The notes: generated by a model from the sequence alone, not told the origin. A stretch of 64,000 bases of DNA from Schizochytrium sp. TIO01 (GCA_004764695.1 SMSO01000037.1:2394747-2458746), one strand, 5' to 3'. Positions 13,701 through 28,900 are shown, counted from the first letter of the stretch. Numbers and translations: made by a program.

Positions 13701-15800
13701 GGTTTAACAAAACAAACAATCAACGAAACAGATATGTACATATTTAAACAGCCACTAAACCAAAAGTAGGAGATGCCAGTGAAGGAGAAAATGAATGATG
13801 CCCAAATTCCAAGGTTGCCGCCTTTAACAGCCAGAGCCAGTCGGCCAGGCCTCCGGGGATGCTTCTCCCTAGCGCCGAGTCTTCCCTTCGGTATACCCTC
13901 AATACGTAATCACAGAAGGTGTCAACTTCAAAATGAAAAAGCTGAAGTTCATGTTTGACATGTTTTAAATCATTGACCGCCTGGCTGGTCTACTCACATT
14001 TTAAACCCCGTCTTGCACCTTTACTACTTTGATGAAACCTCGCGAAATTTTAATTATTCACAACAAAGAATTTCTTAGTCTCTTGAATTTGGAGTTCAGA
14101 TTCGAGTACAAATTTGCTAAAACTGAGGAGGGAAACTTTTCCCCTTCCACTGATTCGCCATACTCTTCTTCGCATCTACGCTACACAAGTTATCTGATTG
14201 ACGATGTAGCCAAGAGCACCGGTGGACGCCTTGCGCCTTATTTATCACCAGACTGGTTCCCTGGTCGGTGACACCTGCCTCGGCCACATATACCGCAACG
14301 AAAAGATTAATCAAGACTTGCTTTTGAACAAGTAAACAGCAAGACACTAAAGAATCTTTTTTATAAGAGTCTATGATTTCCAGTGATGTCTTACTTAAAA
14401 ATAAATAAAAAATGAATTCGAACGTTTCTAACATTAAAACAAAAAATGTTTTCAAGATATATGCTTTCAAAGTTTAAAATAAACACATATTTTCACTTAT
14501 TTTAAAAAGTAAACCGAAATTTTAAATAAAAATAACAAGTGAATCAAACTGTCTTGGACATCTATCTATCTATCTCCGATCTGCCGCCCCAGAAGGCTTG
14601 CTGCTTCGAGGGCACGGATCCAAGCCTGCTGGCTTATGCTGCTGCACCAGCTTCTGCCTGCGAATTGGTCCACCACTCTCCACTCACATCCATCTTCGCG
14701 GCAACGCTCGAAACTCCAAAAAGTGGCCGCTCAGTCAGCCAATTAATTACCTCGAAACAGTCTTTCACTCCTCCTCAAATCACCAATAAACCTTCAGTTG
14801 AGTAGCACCTTCAACAAAAAAGAAGACAAAGCTGCTGCCTGGACTTGGACTGACTGTTACCGGCAGGCCTAGGCCCGTGCTAGCACCTCCTACTGTCTCT
14901 TCTCCGCCGCATCACCTCGTCAACTTAGTTACTTCGATGGAAATAAAAACTCGCATTCATTCAATCTATCAGCTTTCTGCAGACTTCTCGCTCATCTTGG
15001 CTGTCTCCCTCCTCGCAGAACTCCAGGACCGCTGGCCCGAACCCTTCAGGAGGGCACCTCCCACTGCGAAGCTCGCGGGCGCTGGACGGCCTCGCAGGCA
15101 AAGCTGAGCAAAGCTAGGCCGAGCTGCGAGGGCTCCCAGCGCGGCGCTGCTGCCAGGGGCAAGCAAGCGAGAGACTTCTTTCCTTTCCCTTGCAGCGTCG
15201 TCGTTCTTTCTCTCTATCAATTCCATCAATAACGATCAATCAATCGACGATCTGGCTAGCGAGGATCTATCTAGACAGTGTGACAGAGTGCAGGCGTCCA
15301 CCTTTTTTTTTTTTTTTTTTTTAAATTTAATTTATAATTTAAATTAACCTGTCTTTCTCCTTTTCTTTGGTCCTGAGGCTGATGTAAATGATTGTGAGAG
15401 AGGAAATTGACAAACTCGCAGCTAGCTTCTTACCGATAAGAAGAAAGAGGTTTGGAGAGTGGGAGCAGACAGACTTTTATACTTATTTCTGTATTTAAAA
15501 AAAAGAAAAAAGAAAAAGAAAAAAAAAGGACCTTCCCTGTGATGCCGGGTGCAGAAGCGGAGTTGCTTTGGATGTCGTATACTATAGGCCAAACGTGCAA
15601 TCCGCTCACTCACACAGAGAGACCAAGAGAGAAGGTCATGTGTAGGCAGATGCGGAGGTGCCAGGAAAGCGAAACCACATTCTTTCAGTAAACCCACCAC
15701 TTATTTTGCTTTGCTATTCGTTCCTATGCTCATTCAAGTTCATACGCTCTATCTTTAAACCAAAGAAATTAAACAGTGTTTTTAAACTAATCGATTTCCC

Positions 15801-15833
<33 letters not shown>
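15801..15833 (+). repeat. (TGAT)8 microsatellite
   Basis: Read directly. Confidence 0.9.
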
Positions 15834-17680
15834 AAATTGAAATGAAAGCGACTGGGATAGGGATCGATAATCGTGCACCTGCCTGCTGAAGACCCAGGTT
15901 TAAGTAGAGAGAGAGAGAGAGGAGTGCACAAGGCTTTTCAAAAAGACGCAGCGGCACCGCGCAGGTCGCACATCCATGGCTCCGGCCGGAGAGAATGCAC
16001 TGCGCCTATCGCCCGCCAGTGCTCAGCGGTCCCTCCACCCTCTCACCGCAAACATGATCCATTCGCCGAGAAGGCACGGCCGTCGCACCGAGAGCAGGGC
16101 GCTACGCAAACGGATCACTGCTCTGACCATAGTGTTAAAAACCAACAACAACAACAACAAAACAAAGAAGAGGGGTTTTCACGCCGCAGGATAAACAAAA
16201 CTGAGAGAGAGAAAGACTAATCGTATACCCTGGAGAACTAAAATTATAATTTCACTTCGAATTTAAAAATTGTATATTAGCTTTAAAAAAAAGGTGAAAG
16301 GAACGAGAGAGAGACGCAGGCAGAGACTTCCCTACCTCCTTGCTTTATGTGGACCTCCTTCAGCCGAGCCGCCGACAGAGGCCAGGAGAGAGAAGAGCAG
16401 ATCGCAACAACTTCGTCGCACTGTCGGCAAGTGCCAGAAACAAGGCCAATCACAGGCGCTTTTGCCGCAAAAGGAAAACAACAACACGACACATCAGATT
16501 TCTCTGAAAAGGCGAAACCATCAAATTGGACTTCGCTCTTGTGTCCCCACCCCTCTTTTGGTTTTGCCAGAATAGCCCAGTGACGGGTAACATGTGTCTC
16601 CACCTGCGCTTGCTGATGTGGAGACCGGGTGGTTCTGTCGTAGTGTCTACCTACTCTTGTTGAAGTATGAGGTGCATACTAACTAAGCACTGATGGAGGC
16701 CTAGAGTACCTGGTAGGTGCCTGTTATTGAGGGCGCTGTGGTGGCTTGGTTCTCTCGTTCCGTCTGTGAGTCAGCACAGTTGTGAGTTGTCGGCCGAGAT
16801 CTGCGGGAACCCGAGAGCTCCTCTCTTTGGAAGGAGGCTTTCTCTGAAAAAGTTCTCTGTCTTCAGACTGACGGTTCGCTCTGCGAGGAGGATTCTGCTC
16901 TTCCAGTACTCTTCTTCAAAACTCTTCAAGTTAGAAAAAAAACAAATAGTTTCGTACATGGATCTCTAGAGCTAGAAGAGAGGAGCTTGAAATAGAAATA
17001 ACTTATATATATATATTTTTTAAGGGCAGGTATGGCTCTGCCTGTCCTTTTTCTCTGTGATCGCTCTTCACCGTGGACAGAGAGGGGCACCCACTGCTTT
17101 GAACTTTGAGCTTTGAATTGGTTTGTCTGTTTGTTTGTTTGTTCGTTCTGTGGCTGCTTCACGCTCCCTCGCGCAGACTTGCTCCGCTTGCCTGAATTCG
17201 AATTGACATGGAGCGTCGCAACTTACTTTCTTTTACCTCTTCTTCGATTGGGCTTGTTTTTCTTTGGACTATCGACTATATGCATGCATACACAAACATA
17301 TTCGTAGCCAGGCTGTTGTTTCTCTTGCTTGCTCATGTGAGCACGCGCACAGATGCGATGAGGGCGGAGGCGAGGGAGAGCGAGGGAGCGAAGAGCCATT
17401 TGTTCACGGAGGAGACAAACTTTCGAGAGAGATCAGCTGATCATGAATCTTTCTTTGCAGTGGCAGTGAGTCTGTGTCTTTGCAGAAGAGGAGGAAGAGC
17501 GCAAAGAGAGGCGGGAGCGCAAGGAGACTGAGAGAGGGACGAAGGGAAGAAGCGCGACGACGAGTTGGTTCCACACATGGCGACACCTGGCGCGCGCGGC
17601 GACCTGCTACGGACTGCCTACTGCCATCTAGCCACCTGGTTGCTAGGAGGTCTTAAGTACTTGCTACTTACTGGCTGATT

Positions 17681-17752
17681 GTTTGTTTGTTTGTTTGTTT
17701 GTTTGTTTGTTTGTTTGTTTGTTTGTTTGTTTGTTTGTTTGTTTGTTTGTTT
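17681..17752 (+). repeat. (GTTT)18 perfect microsatellite
   Basis: 72-bp uninterrupted GTTT run. Confidence 0.95.
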
Positions 17753-18460
17753 ATTGTTTATCCTCCCTCTCTCTCTTTTATTATTATTATTAATATTATT
17801 CTTTTATGAAGAATCATTTTAGAAAAAATATATTCTAATTTATTATTTATTATTTAAAAAACTTTGTTAAAGATAAAATATAAATCAAGGCTTGTTTGGT
17901 TGAGAAAAAGGGAAATTTCCTCCATCTGCGCGTCTGTTTGTCTGTCTGTCGGTCTGCGCGCATTTCTTCTTCTGGCTGCCGCTCGCAATCGATCCAGACA
18001 GCAAACAGGCCGGTTGTAGGCATGTCCTTGGCATCTCTCAACCCTTTCGAGCACTTTCTACTAACTGGTTCAGGGCCGCGCTGCTTTCCGTATGTAGCCC
18101 GAGACAGCAATCAGACTGCGCAGCGGATAGAGATGTTCATCATATCATAACACATGTTTTTTAAATGTTGGCAAGTAGTATGAGATTAACTAGTAAAGTT
18201 GCCTTATTCCATTTATCTTTAAAACCATATTTTTTAAAATTGTTTTTAATTTTGTTTTTTGCATAAATTCTTAATTAAAAAAAGAAAAAAAGATGAAAGT
18301 ACATTCCATTCAGGGGTGTCAGGTAGTACTAGCAGGTACAAAGAGAACAGGCACGTTCTTTCCCTCTTTCCTTTCTTCAAGAATCAGAAGTAAAGAAATT
18401 TCTTTTTAAACTAAGCAGGCGCGCGAGGGGTAGGTAGCCATTAGGACTTACTCTAAGCAG

Positions 18461-18493
18461 GTCGCATCGTCGTCGCATCGTCGTCGCATCGTC
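18461..18493 (+). repeat. 11-bp tandem repeat (GTCGCATCGTC)3
   Basis: Three perfect copies read directly. Confidence 0.9.
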
Positions 18494-20968
18494 ATGTCTT
18501 CACCTCGCATCGTCCTCTGCTGTCGCAGCGCGCGCACTCACCGCTACTCTGGCAGGCCGGCGAAGCGGGTCCTTTTCCTGGTCAGCCCTGTCTTCTTTCT
18601 GCCTGCCCGTGGAGCCTTGAAGACGGCAAGGGCGCAGGCGGGGCTCGGCCGAGTGAGACGGACTTTGCGAAAGAAGGAGAGAGTGGAGAAAAGAGAAGAG
18701 CAAAGAAACAAACAAAGTCTGAGGTCGCTCAGGCAGTCTGAACGAGGTCGTGGACTGAGGAAGATTGCACTTCCTTTTTCCCTCTCTATTGCTGCTGTGG
18801 TAGGCAGGGTCGGGCTGAGGCAGGAGCGAAAGAAAAGTTTAAATTTTAATTTTAAAAGAAAAAAGTATTCTTAGTGTACTTTCTGCTGGTTTTATACATG
18901 AGGAAGTTTAGTTCCACTTTATCTTTAGTCTTCATGATTGTTTTTAAATTTTAAAAAAAAAAAAAAAGAAAGAAAGAAAGAAAGAAAGAAAAGAAAGCTC
19001 AAGGTTCACTGATACAATACAAAGTGAAAATGTTAGTTCTGCAAACAAAAGAGAACGATCAACGAGAAAAAAAAGACGAAACCTAAGAAAGTGAGAAGGA
19101 GACATGGCAAAAGTTCTCATCAGAAACTTCGCCTCGCAACGAACTTTCATTTCAAAAATTAGGTTTCATGATGATGATATCTGCTTTCTTATTGAACGTC
19201 AGACAGGTGCGCAGAGTAGACATTCATACATACCGCTCAGACTCTTTTTTTCTCCTCCTCTTGGCTTGGTCAGGCAGGCAGGCAGGCATTCAAAGTTTTT
19301 TTAAAAGCCGCCAAGAGTCCGGAAGAGCACGTGAAGTGCAGATTCTGGGCAAGCGAGAGTTCAAAATTACGCCTTGAAATCAGCCTTTTCTTCTTCTTTT
19401 TCATCCATGACACGACACTTCACGCAGGCGAGAGCGCAACCAACGATGAACCATAATTACCAGGTGGTACTGGCAGTGAAATGGATCACCATCTACTTGA
19501 AAAGGCACGTTTATGGTGGCAGCTTGAAGTTGTTAACTCGTCTCACTTCGTCACTTCATCCGTGCAGGGGATTGTCAGTCCCAGTGGTAGGGAGCCAATG
19601 AACACGAGCAGGCGATTGTAATTAATATGTTCACAATCAGAGGGTCGGAGAGCAGCAAGTGAAGCAGGCACCCGCGACACGAAAGAATCGGTATCTTATC
19701 TTTGCATGCGGTGGCGACAAGCAAAAAGGTATAGTGAAATTGTTCAAAGCCGAGATTTGCCACATTTGTTTATTTCACAGGTCTCTTCGACACACAACCC
19801 AGGGATCTAATCTACATTTCATTTCATTTTGTTTACAAATATTTCATTCCTGAGAAGGCTATGTAAGGGCCTTCTCTGTGTTGTGTGTATTATTTTGTTT
19901 GTTTTCACAACAAAAACTACTGCCTTCGTATATCTGCATGATACGTTCTTGAAGGAAAAGAAAAAGAAAAAGGAAAAGAAAAAGGCACACGCGCTGTTAA
20001 AGCCACCACGAATTTGTGGTGCAATGCGATCCGGCGACTATTCTGGTATCCAGTAGAATCTATTTTCTCAATGCAATGCAACTACCGCGGTCTCTTTCCT
20101 TCATAGATCTTGCAAGAACCTCTTTGGCTGCTGTGAATGATAGCCACCGATCCTATTTGACCAAGCAAGCTGTAGTAGCTTCCTTCCACTATTGTGCTTT
20201 ATTTACCTCACCACTCAGCAGTCAACTCGACCTGAGCTCACAAAGAGCGCTTCTGCTACGTAGGCTCCCAATTTCCCATGAAATGGATCAATTCTTCAGT
20301 CAGACATCATCTGCCTAGCACCAAGGCAACCATCCACTCATTCCTCCACCCACCCACCCATCCACCCATCCATCTTCAACATACAACAAGGCAGAAAGAA
20401 GCCCAAAGCCCAAAGCGAAAAGCCGCATGTAAAGGCGGAAACAGCCGTACTGCTCAGCCAGTTCAAGCCAAACACCACTTAGAGAGAGCGAGAGAGAAGG
20501 AGAGCTGTCCATTCCTTCTGGTTCGCTGTGAAGGGCGCAAGCAGAGGCACTCGGTTTGCGCTGCTGCAGCTCGGGTCTCTCAGTGCTCTCGGCGCTTCCA
20601 AAAGGCACTCACGCGCACTTATCACATTGAGTACTTCGCTCACCGTCAGACTGCTAGCTAGCTAGCTAGCCACTTCCTATATACCTACTAACCTACTACC
20701 TGCTTTGCCGGAATGCTGTCTTTTTTGTTTGTTAGTTAGCTATGCTGTAAATGGCATGCCTGCCTGTAGCTAGGTAGTAGGTAGTAGTTAGTAGTAGGTG
20801 CTCTCGTCTTGCTTGGCTTGGTAGTTGAGAAGATAAAATACTTTGTAGGTGGTTTCTTTGCTATTAAAATTTGAAGAAAAAGGTTCTGTGATGGCAATGA
20901 TAAGTTGGAAGGAAAAGAGGAAAGGAAAAAGAACGAAGGTGATCTTAATCCACAGAAAGAGGAAAAAC

Positions 20969-20970
<2 letters not shown>

Positions 20971-21011
<41 letters not shown>
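20971..21011 (+). repeat. (GAAA)10 polypurine microsatellite
   Basis: Read directly. Confidence 0.9.
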
Positions 21012-24000
21012 CTGCGGATCAAAGGATCGCTTCGGTTTGACAAGGTTCTAGCTAGGTATATTATAGGATAGAATGCAAACTCCGTTTCTCTGCAGTCTCA
21101 CGAAGATGTGTTCGAACATAAGAAACTTTTCAAAAGATACCTCAGGCTGCTCCGAAAGGTGCTGCGATTGAGGGGCAGGGACGCCCAACGAGCCTCTTCA
21201 TCCCAAACCAGGTCCCGAAGAAGAAGAACCTAAAGCCTGACCACGATCTCACGTGCCCACCAATTAAAAATAAACCACCAAAATTAGTTGATTGATTAGT
21301 TCACGCAAGATCAACTCGACCAGCTTCCGCGGCGTTCCTCACAGTTCTGCAGCGAACGAGTGCGTGGAAAGAAGAGGAAAAGAGGGCGATGTGGTGCGTG
21401 CCCAAACCAAGTGGGAAAGGGCCCGGTTCTTGAATGGTATCGCATCCCTTCGCTCGCGCTTCAATCTCACGTTCAAAAGAATGTGCAGCGGGGGCGCTTG
21501 GGGCCAACAGCACGCAGGCCGGGAGTCCAGCGGCGTTACTACTCAGGAGCTCTGCACTTCTGTTTGTGAAATAGGGCAGCCAGCACTGATAGATCCAACT
21601 TTGAATGAAAAAATGATGTTAGGAAGACCTGGTCAGCGAAGTAGCGGGAGTGCCAAAGCAGCCGAGGTCATCACGGGGTTATTAGATGAAGGTGGCCTTT
21701 TAAAAAAAAGAAAAAAGAAGGTATAAACAGTCTGTTTGAGCATTTGTTTGATAGTTTCTGCGTCTGTGCACGTTTGTCTGTTTGAGAGAGAAAATCTCAA
21801 AAGGGCCAAATAAACATCAAAGAGCGATTGCTTTTACTTGGTATGATTACTTTTGAAAAGCATTTTGTTTGTTTACTTTTTTATTTTAATTTATTTTAAA
21901 CATGATATATAAAACGTTAGTGTTAGTATGGTATTCCTGCTTTTCAACCTCTTAGCTAGCTAGCTAGGCAAAGAGAAGAAAGACTGGCGAAAGATGAAGG
22001 GATGCTCATCGTTCCTTCGCTCTTCTTGATTGCTCGGTTGCTGACTCATATTAGTTTGCTTCAGCTTGTCTGTTTGTCTGTCTCACTGCTCTTGCTTCCT
22101 TCTCCTCAGTCCGGACCTGTGGAGGGAGACTCTACAGAGGCTTTTGCTCGCTTTCGTGCGGCCGGTCACCCGTCCGGGAACAGGACTGATGCCATCTTTT
22201 CCAATACTGAGGAAAGAAGGACTCCATTCTTCTTCTTTTTCTTCTTCTTCTTCTTCGATTCATATTCTTTATTTTTAAAGTGAAAGAAAAAGAAGAAACT
22301 CTCTTTCTTTTTTATTCTGCGCTCAAGTTCTTACTTTAAAGGACACCGAAGATGAAGATAACTTGGAGAATGATCGCTTCCCCCGTCCCTCTCTTTGTGC
22401 GCCTGCCTGCCTTTCTTTCTTCTATCGTCTGTTCGTATCCATTCGGATGTAATCAAGCCTGCGACCCTCATGTGTATGTATTAATTTTGTATATTTATAG
22501 ATCTGTAGATGCTTCTAGCGCCTTCTTTCTGGGCGGAGTCCCACGTTTATAGGTTTGAAGAAAAAGGAAAAGAAGAAAGGGCCCGGATAAACTTGATGTT
22601 TTAGGTACCTATATCATATAATGTTGAAAGTTGTCTGCGTAGAGAGAGATACCTTCGATTCACTTTTCTCAGTTGCAACAGTCTACGATTGCAGAAATGA
22701 AAAAGGCTAAAGATTTCATTAAACAACGCTGCGTGTAGGTACTCCCACAGCTCTCACTTTAGAGACCTGGGCTACGCCCGCCTCTGCGATCTCTTCTCTC
22801 ATCAGTGGTTATTGCCTCTGTTCTTCTTCTTTTTCTTTTTCCTCTTTCTTCTGCGGCCGCAGTCAACTCAGCTCAGATCACTGATTGATTGGTCCATTGA
22901 TAGATTGATTAGATGTATGAATGAATGAGGAGGTGAGGGGACTCTCTTTCTGTGTGTGGGTGGATCATTGGCCACATGAATGGTCAATTATCAGCTAAGA
23001 AACAAAATGAGCAAAGTAAAAAGAAAAGAAAACAAACTTTGATTAATTATGAAACACGAGACGAGTATCCCTTCTAACCAGCTTCTTTCTCGTCTAAACA
23101 AGCCTTTTATATAATGGATTTCATCCAGCTTGGTGGAGGACAGAGAGCGCGAACTGTTTCTCAGCGAATGACTGAATCACGGTTCGGTCTTTTGCGGATC
23201 CTCCTCTCTTCCTTTCCATCGATGCTTGTCTCGACGTGGATATAATTCTCAAGACAGAACAACGCCATACACGTTTCAGAAAGAAAAGAAAGAAAAGAAC
23301 AAAACAAAATCCAAAGGCATAACCGAGAGAAGAAGCGACTTTCAAAGATAAAAGCTTTCTCTTTCTCTTCGCGCTTCGTACTTATTGGCAGTTTGGCCGC
23401 GCGTGAACGTGCCGCCGCCTCTGGCGAAACCAAGATGCAGGCGGCACTTTATTATACACAGGCGAGGCGAAAGCAAACAGACAGACAGACAGAAGACAGG
23501 CAGACAGATCGACACTCTCACACAACACACACATACACACGGAGGCAGACAGACGAAAGTCGGCCTGAGATCTCTCGAAGGCAGCAGCACATGCAAATGA
23601 GCTATCATCAATACGCCAGCCAGCAGACAAAGAAGAAATGCAGGAGCTTCGGATGAACTGAGCTCAAGGGAAGGCGCGCGGGAGAATGCTGCTGCCGCTC
23701 CACCTTCCTAGTGAGCGAGGAGAGAGCACTCAGAGGGACGGGGGCAGGAGAGAGCACGCGGCGGTGGTGTAACGCAGTGGCGGCACCGGCTGCGTAACTA
23801 TGTAGTGGCCGTGTCTTCTTTCTTTCAAGTTCTCTGCGTGCAGCAATCACCTGCTGAAAATTACTCGCTCAAGATGGTCTTCGAAGCAGCGTATGTGTGT
23901 TTAAAAAGTAAAGTAAAACAAAACAAAAACAAAACAAAAACTAACTAACTAATAGATAAATCAATAAGAAGTGAATGTGCGTTCGAAACAGAGGGGAGTC

Positions 24001-25903
24001 ATCTCAATTGACCAGAGGAGATCTTTAGGTGTGCATCATTGCTATTGCTCTGAAGGAAACTATTTTTTCTTAATGAATTAGACAACAAGAAGTAGAAGAG
24101 ACATTGTCCGCTCCAGACGATGCTTTTGCTCCAGGCGATGTTTTTGGTTTTTGTTGATCCCTGGGGTTATGAATGAACAAGGTAGCTCTCGGATATAGGG
24201 GTGGCTACAATCCTGATACAGGTCAGGGGCTCCACTGCACCAGTCCGCGCAACTTTAGATGAATTACTTTGATAATTATTAAAACATGATTTTTTAAATT
24301 TATCAGTAACCTAATATCTATTCAATCGCCAAGAGTTCTGTAAAAACGTTTTATTTTCAACGAGGACAGACTCTTTCGCTTATATTTCGTTTATTATTTT
24401 TCCAATTAAAAACATTTAAGTTTCATAGAAATGTGCTGTGCTCCCTGGACATGGTAGTGCACAGCAAGGAAAACAAAGTTCTCAGAACGAAGATATTTCC
24501 CTTGTTCGGACTGAGCGATAATATTAAAAAAATACAACACAGGCTCATAGAGCATCATAATAGCACTTCCTACCACAAGTATCGATGGAAATAAATAAAA
24601 GTCTTTTGTTGAGGTGGAGCTGAGCATTTGCTGGTTTTTAGCTGAGCCTTTTGATGGGATCTGTAAAAGTTCCTAGGTCGTAGATCGGCTGTTTGAGGGT
24701 TTGTGCTGAGAAGCGCTCCTATTCCGCTTGCGAGTTCTCCAGAGGAACGTAGGTGGAGGTGGCTCAGCCCTCTAAGATAGCCTGTGCGAGTTGGCAGAGT
24801 GAAAGGGAATCAGAGAGAACAAGAATAACCAAAGTTACATGCCCGGTGCTCTTTGAACCTTTTAAAGCTAAGTAACCAATACATTAATTGAAATGTTATT
24901 GTCAACTTAAAAAATATTTCGTTTAAACAGAAGATGATAAACTAATTAATAAAAAATATGGAACAAATGTGTATTGCAAGTTACATGGACACCCTCGCAA
25001 AACACTGGTTTTGGGATTCGTTGTGACAAAAGTTACACAGGTAGTCTTTTGTATGGGGAGATTTTCTAAACTCCCAAGCGAAAAGAATGCCGTGGAGGGG
25101 ACAGACTTGAAGAGGAAGCACATTAAAAATTCTTAGTCGCAACTGCTCATTCCCCACCAGGTACGAGACTACAATTCTGCAAGGCAATGTAAAGAGTGAG
25201 TTTTATTTTTCGAAAGAAAGGTAAAAAGAAAAGGTCCCACTCTGAAGAATGATTGGTTTATTTATCTTAATTCAAAAAAATAGGATTCAAAAGGCAGAAA
25301 GAAAGAGATCTTTGATAGGTAATGAGGCGAGTTCGAAAACCATGCATGCCATGATCGAGGAAAAGAGGCACGAGCAAAAAGAAGGAATTAATTAATTAAT
25401 TAATTGTAATTAACAACGAAAAAACGTGCCTCAATGGCATGGCTGGAGGCGCGTTGGTTAATGGTATCCCCTTTCTGTGTATCCGGATCAAAGACTAGGT
25501 AGAGGAAAGAAAGAGAGCATTTCGGACCGCCAGAAGAAGTCTGTCTGTCTTTTCCTTTCGCCCTTTCCAAATCGTCCTCTTCGCGCTCTCTCGCTCACTC
25601 GCTCGCTGTTGCTCTTGTTGTTCTCGCTGCTGCTGCTTCTGAGCTGCAAAGATCAAAGGGCGGGCGCTTTGGAGGTCCTCGAGCGCACCGAAGATCTCTT
25701 CGGCCTGAGCATTAAGAAAGCTTGCGTTTAGAAACCCAAACTTCGATCCGAGAGTAAGCCCAAACGCCTAAGCGGCGCTAGGAATGGCGAGTTGGTGGGT
25801 GGATCGATAAACGTCGCCTGGAAAGAGGAGGCATTGGACATCCATCCGAGAGGGCGTTGTTATTGTTGTTGTTGCACCCTTATCCATCTATGTATGTATA
25901 GAT

Positions 25904-25975
25904 GTTTGTTTGTTTGTTTGTTTGTTTGTTTGTTTGTTTGTTTGTTTGTTTGTTTGTTTGTTTGTTTGTTTGTTT
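25904..25975 (+). repeat. (GTTT)18 perfect microsatellite
   Basis: 72-bp uninterrupted GTTT run. Confidence 0.95.
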
Positions 25976-28900
25976 ATCTAGGTAGTACACAGAGAGACCA
26001 AACAATGGGTAGAGCCAAACAGGCGCAGACTCGCGTTCTTTCACGCATCCTGATTCAGGATTTTCATCAATCAAAAAGCAAAAGCATAAGAAATGTGAAC
26101 CAAAATCGTCACGAACCAACGTCAACTCTATGCGCGGCAACGCTCGATAATTGCCCCTTGGCTGGCCCATCCAAACGCCCACTCTTCCTCTCACATCATC
26201 ACCATCGAAGGTCTGTTTATGAGTGTTGTTGTTGATCTTATTTCAGCGCCTTCGTTCCATGAATAAGAACTCTCTTTTTGGATTTCCAAGTTTTCCTGTT
26301 CTTAATTTAAAGGACAGCATCTCGAGAGGCGTTGATGAGCACAAACGAACGAAATGCTGCGGTCTCCTTTCTCCACAGCAGCAAGAGGCCGCCTCGAACT
26401 CGCCTCGGTCGCGGATACATTCGTAAGCACATGCATGCGTATACGCAGGCACACATACACATACAGGCCACAACAGAGCGAGAGACGCAGAGGGTGCCGG
26501 GCTGTGGCTGACTTGAGTGAGGTTTTTCGCAGACCTCCTATCTCTCTTCGCGAAACGGACAGATAATCCTCCCTCATTTCTACTACGAGCTTGGAGTAGC
26601 ACTACCTAGGGGCTAGTAGCAACATGTAATACTGAGTGTATCAGGTCTCAAAATTCTGTTTTTATCTTACATACAGGCTCTGCGTGGATCGCCAACCTCG
26701 AACGCTCTTACCGCACCGATGGCGCCGCTCGTTCCGGGATCCGACGGGGGCCGTGGCTGGCTTATCAAGTGGCCATTTGAACAACCTCAAGTTGAACAGG
26801 ATCGATTGATTCGCCAATGCATCAAAATGATCTTTTTCCATAGTTAAAGACCTTTCATTTTATTTTATTTTATTTTATTTTATTTTATTTAAAATCGAAG
26901 AGGGCTGATTAAGGCACAAAGAGAGGGAGAGAGAGAGAGAGTTGGCCGTCAAGCCAGCCGGCTCCTGGAGGCGCTGCTTTGCGATGCACCAGAATGACTC
27001 CGGCCGTTGTGAAAGGCCTCGTGGGTTGAGGGTATGAATGTTATTTATTTGCGTATTTTGTTTGTTTGTTTGGACTGCTTGGAAAAGGAGTGGCGAAGCG
27101 GGGCAACCGAGGCGCGAGGGCCCGGAAAGAGACACGTACTGGCCGTGGCACGCACTGCGCTGTTGATTTTTGCCCCTGTTTACCAGAGTCGTCAAATTAT
27201 GTTGACCCCTTGGAAGCAAGCTCCTTGCTGAAAATAAGAAGAGTCAAGTCCTTTTACTTCTTATGATGAAATAATAATTATTATAACGTACGTTTGAACA
27301 GCTTTTAACTAACTAAACCTTAGAGTATGGTAGCCTTTCTTATGATGTGAAAGTATGATGAAGGAAGGGGGTCATCTGCTGGGGCTCTTGTCAAGGCACC
27401 TAAGTAAGTATACTTCGAGGTAGGGCCTATACACTTTTTTTTTTTTTTAAATTGCTGGTTTTCAAAAACAATATATATATATTAAAATAAAAGTGTCCAA
27501 ACACAATGACAGTTAAAGAGTCTATTTAAATGAAAAGACTCGCTTTATTAAAAAAAATAAAATGTAAATGTTAGTTTTAAATATTAATAATATAAAATAA
27601 AAGAGAAAGCGCTGTTTTCCTTGAGCGCCTGATTGTATCTATTCCAACCAAAAAATAAAGTATTCAGAATATTAATAAGAAGCGAGTCAGAATTCAAGTC
27701 GAATCAAATACATTCTTTGAACTAGGAAAGTGTGATTCATTCATCAACAGATTTGCTGATGAGGAGAATAATCGCAACCATTTCCTCTCCTATTTCACTT
27801 CGCATACTCTACTCCTCATAAGGTTCGGATCACGAAGGGAATAGCATCACGGAGCGCTTCTTTCAAGAGAGGTTCATCATTCTGACGTTGTAGGTACCTA
27901 CCACAACCAGGATGTTGAATTCCTGACGAACTTCGAAGGCCTTCTTCATCTGTTCTTCGCGATGCTCTACTCTCAATTTGGACCCCTCCTACAGTCAGTC
28001 GCCTCTCTTGTCTGCCCCAGACTAACTATGGACGCCGAGCCTTCTTTCGACTCACTCGGTTCTCGAGACACCCATCCTTCGACGAATGACGATGCTGCTC
28101 ATTCATAGTCGGCGGACCATGTGTTCGTTCTCCTGTTCTCCAGAAAACTCCTCAGTCGAGAGGACCATCGTGATGCCCTCCAACTTCGTGAAGGAGACAC
28201 CCTCGTGCACCATGACGCTCACGCACGAGAACTGCTCCTCGCGAAGAACGAGGGAACGCTCGCAGGCACGCCCGCAGACAGACAGTCAGACAGACAGACA
28301 CGCTGCGAGTGGGAGCGAGCGAGGAGGTGGAGAAAGGGAAAGCGCGGCAGGAGCAAAGTCTGTCTGCACCAGCACGGTAGGCAGCAGCAGTGGGAAGGAG
28401 ACGAAGCGAGTTTGCGCAAAACGGCATGCTCCTTTTGCGCCTTTTAAACGCAGTGTGAGTGTGTGTGCCTGCCTCAGAGAAAATGCTCAGCCATGAAGAA
28501 GAGAATCTTCATCTTTGTCTTGGAGTTTGGTCGAAGTTTGGTGAAGTCAGAACGGAGGGCCGTGAGCTCAAGAACTTGAAGAGGGTTGCGCTCCAGAGAA
28601 AGCAGAGCGCAGGCTTGCGCTGTTGCTCTTGCGGTTGCATTTGCCATTGGCCCAATCCAACTCTGCTTCGATGCGTGGGTTGCAAACAGTTTATGCAAAC
28701 GGCCAGGCTTGAAGGAACCTTTCTGCCACTGCTGCGGCAGAGTTGTTCGACTGACTTCTTCAGAAGAATGGTAGTTCGTACGTACCTCATCAGGCAGTCG
28801 ACCTGCCATCAGAAAGAGAGGCAAGCAAGCAAGCTAGCTAGCTAGCAAAGAGAGCAGGGCGCCAGAAGAAGCGCGAGCAGATGTCCTGAGTGATTTTCAT

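Noticed and set aside
24641-24768. 8-bp inverted repeat GCTGAGCC...GGCTCAGC as a possible structured RNA or MITE
   Set aside because: The arms are too short to exceed chance, and no TSD or snoRNA/tRNA boxes were found.
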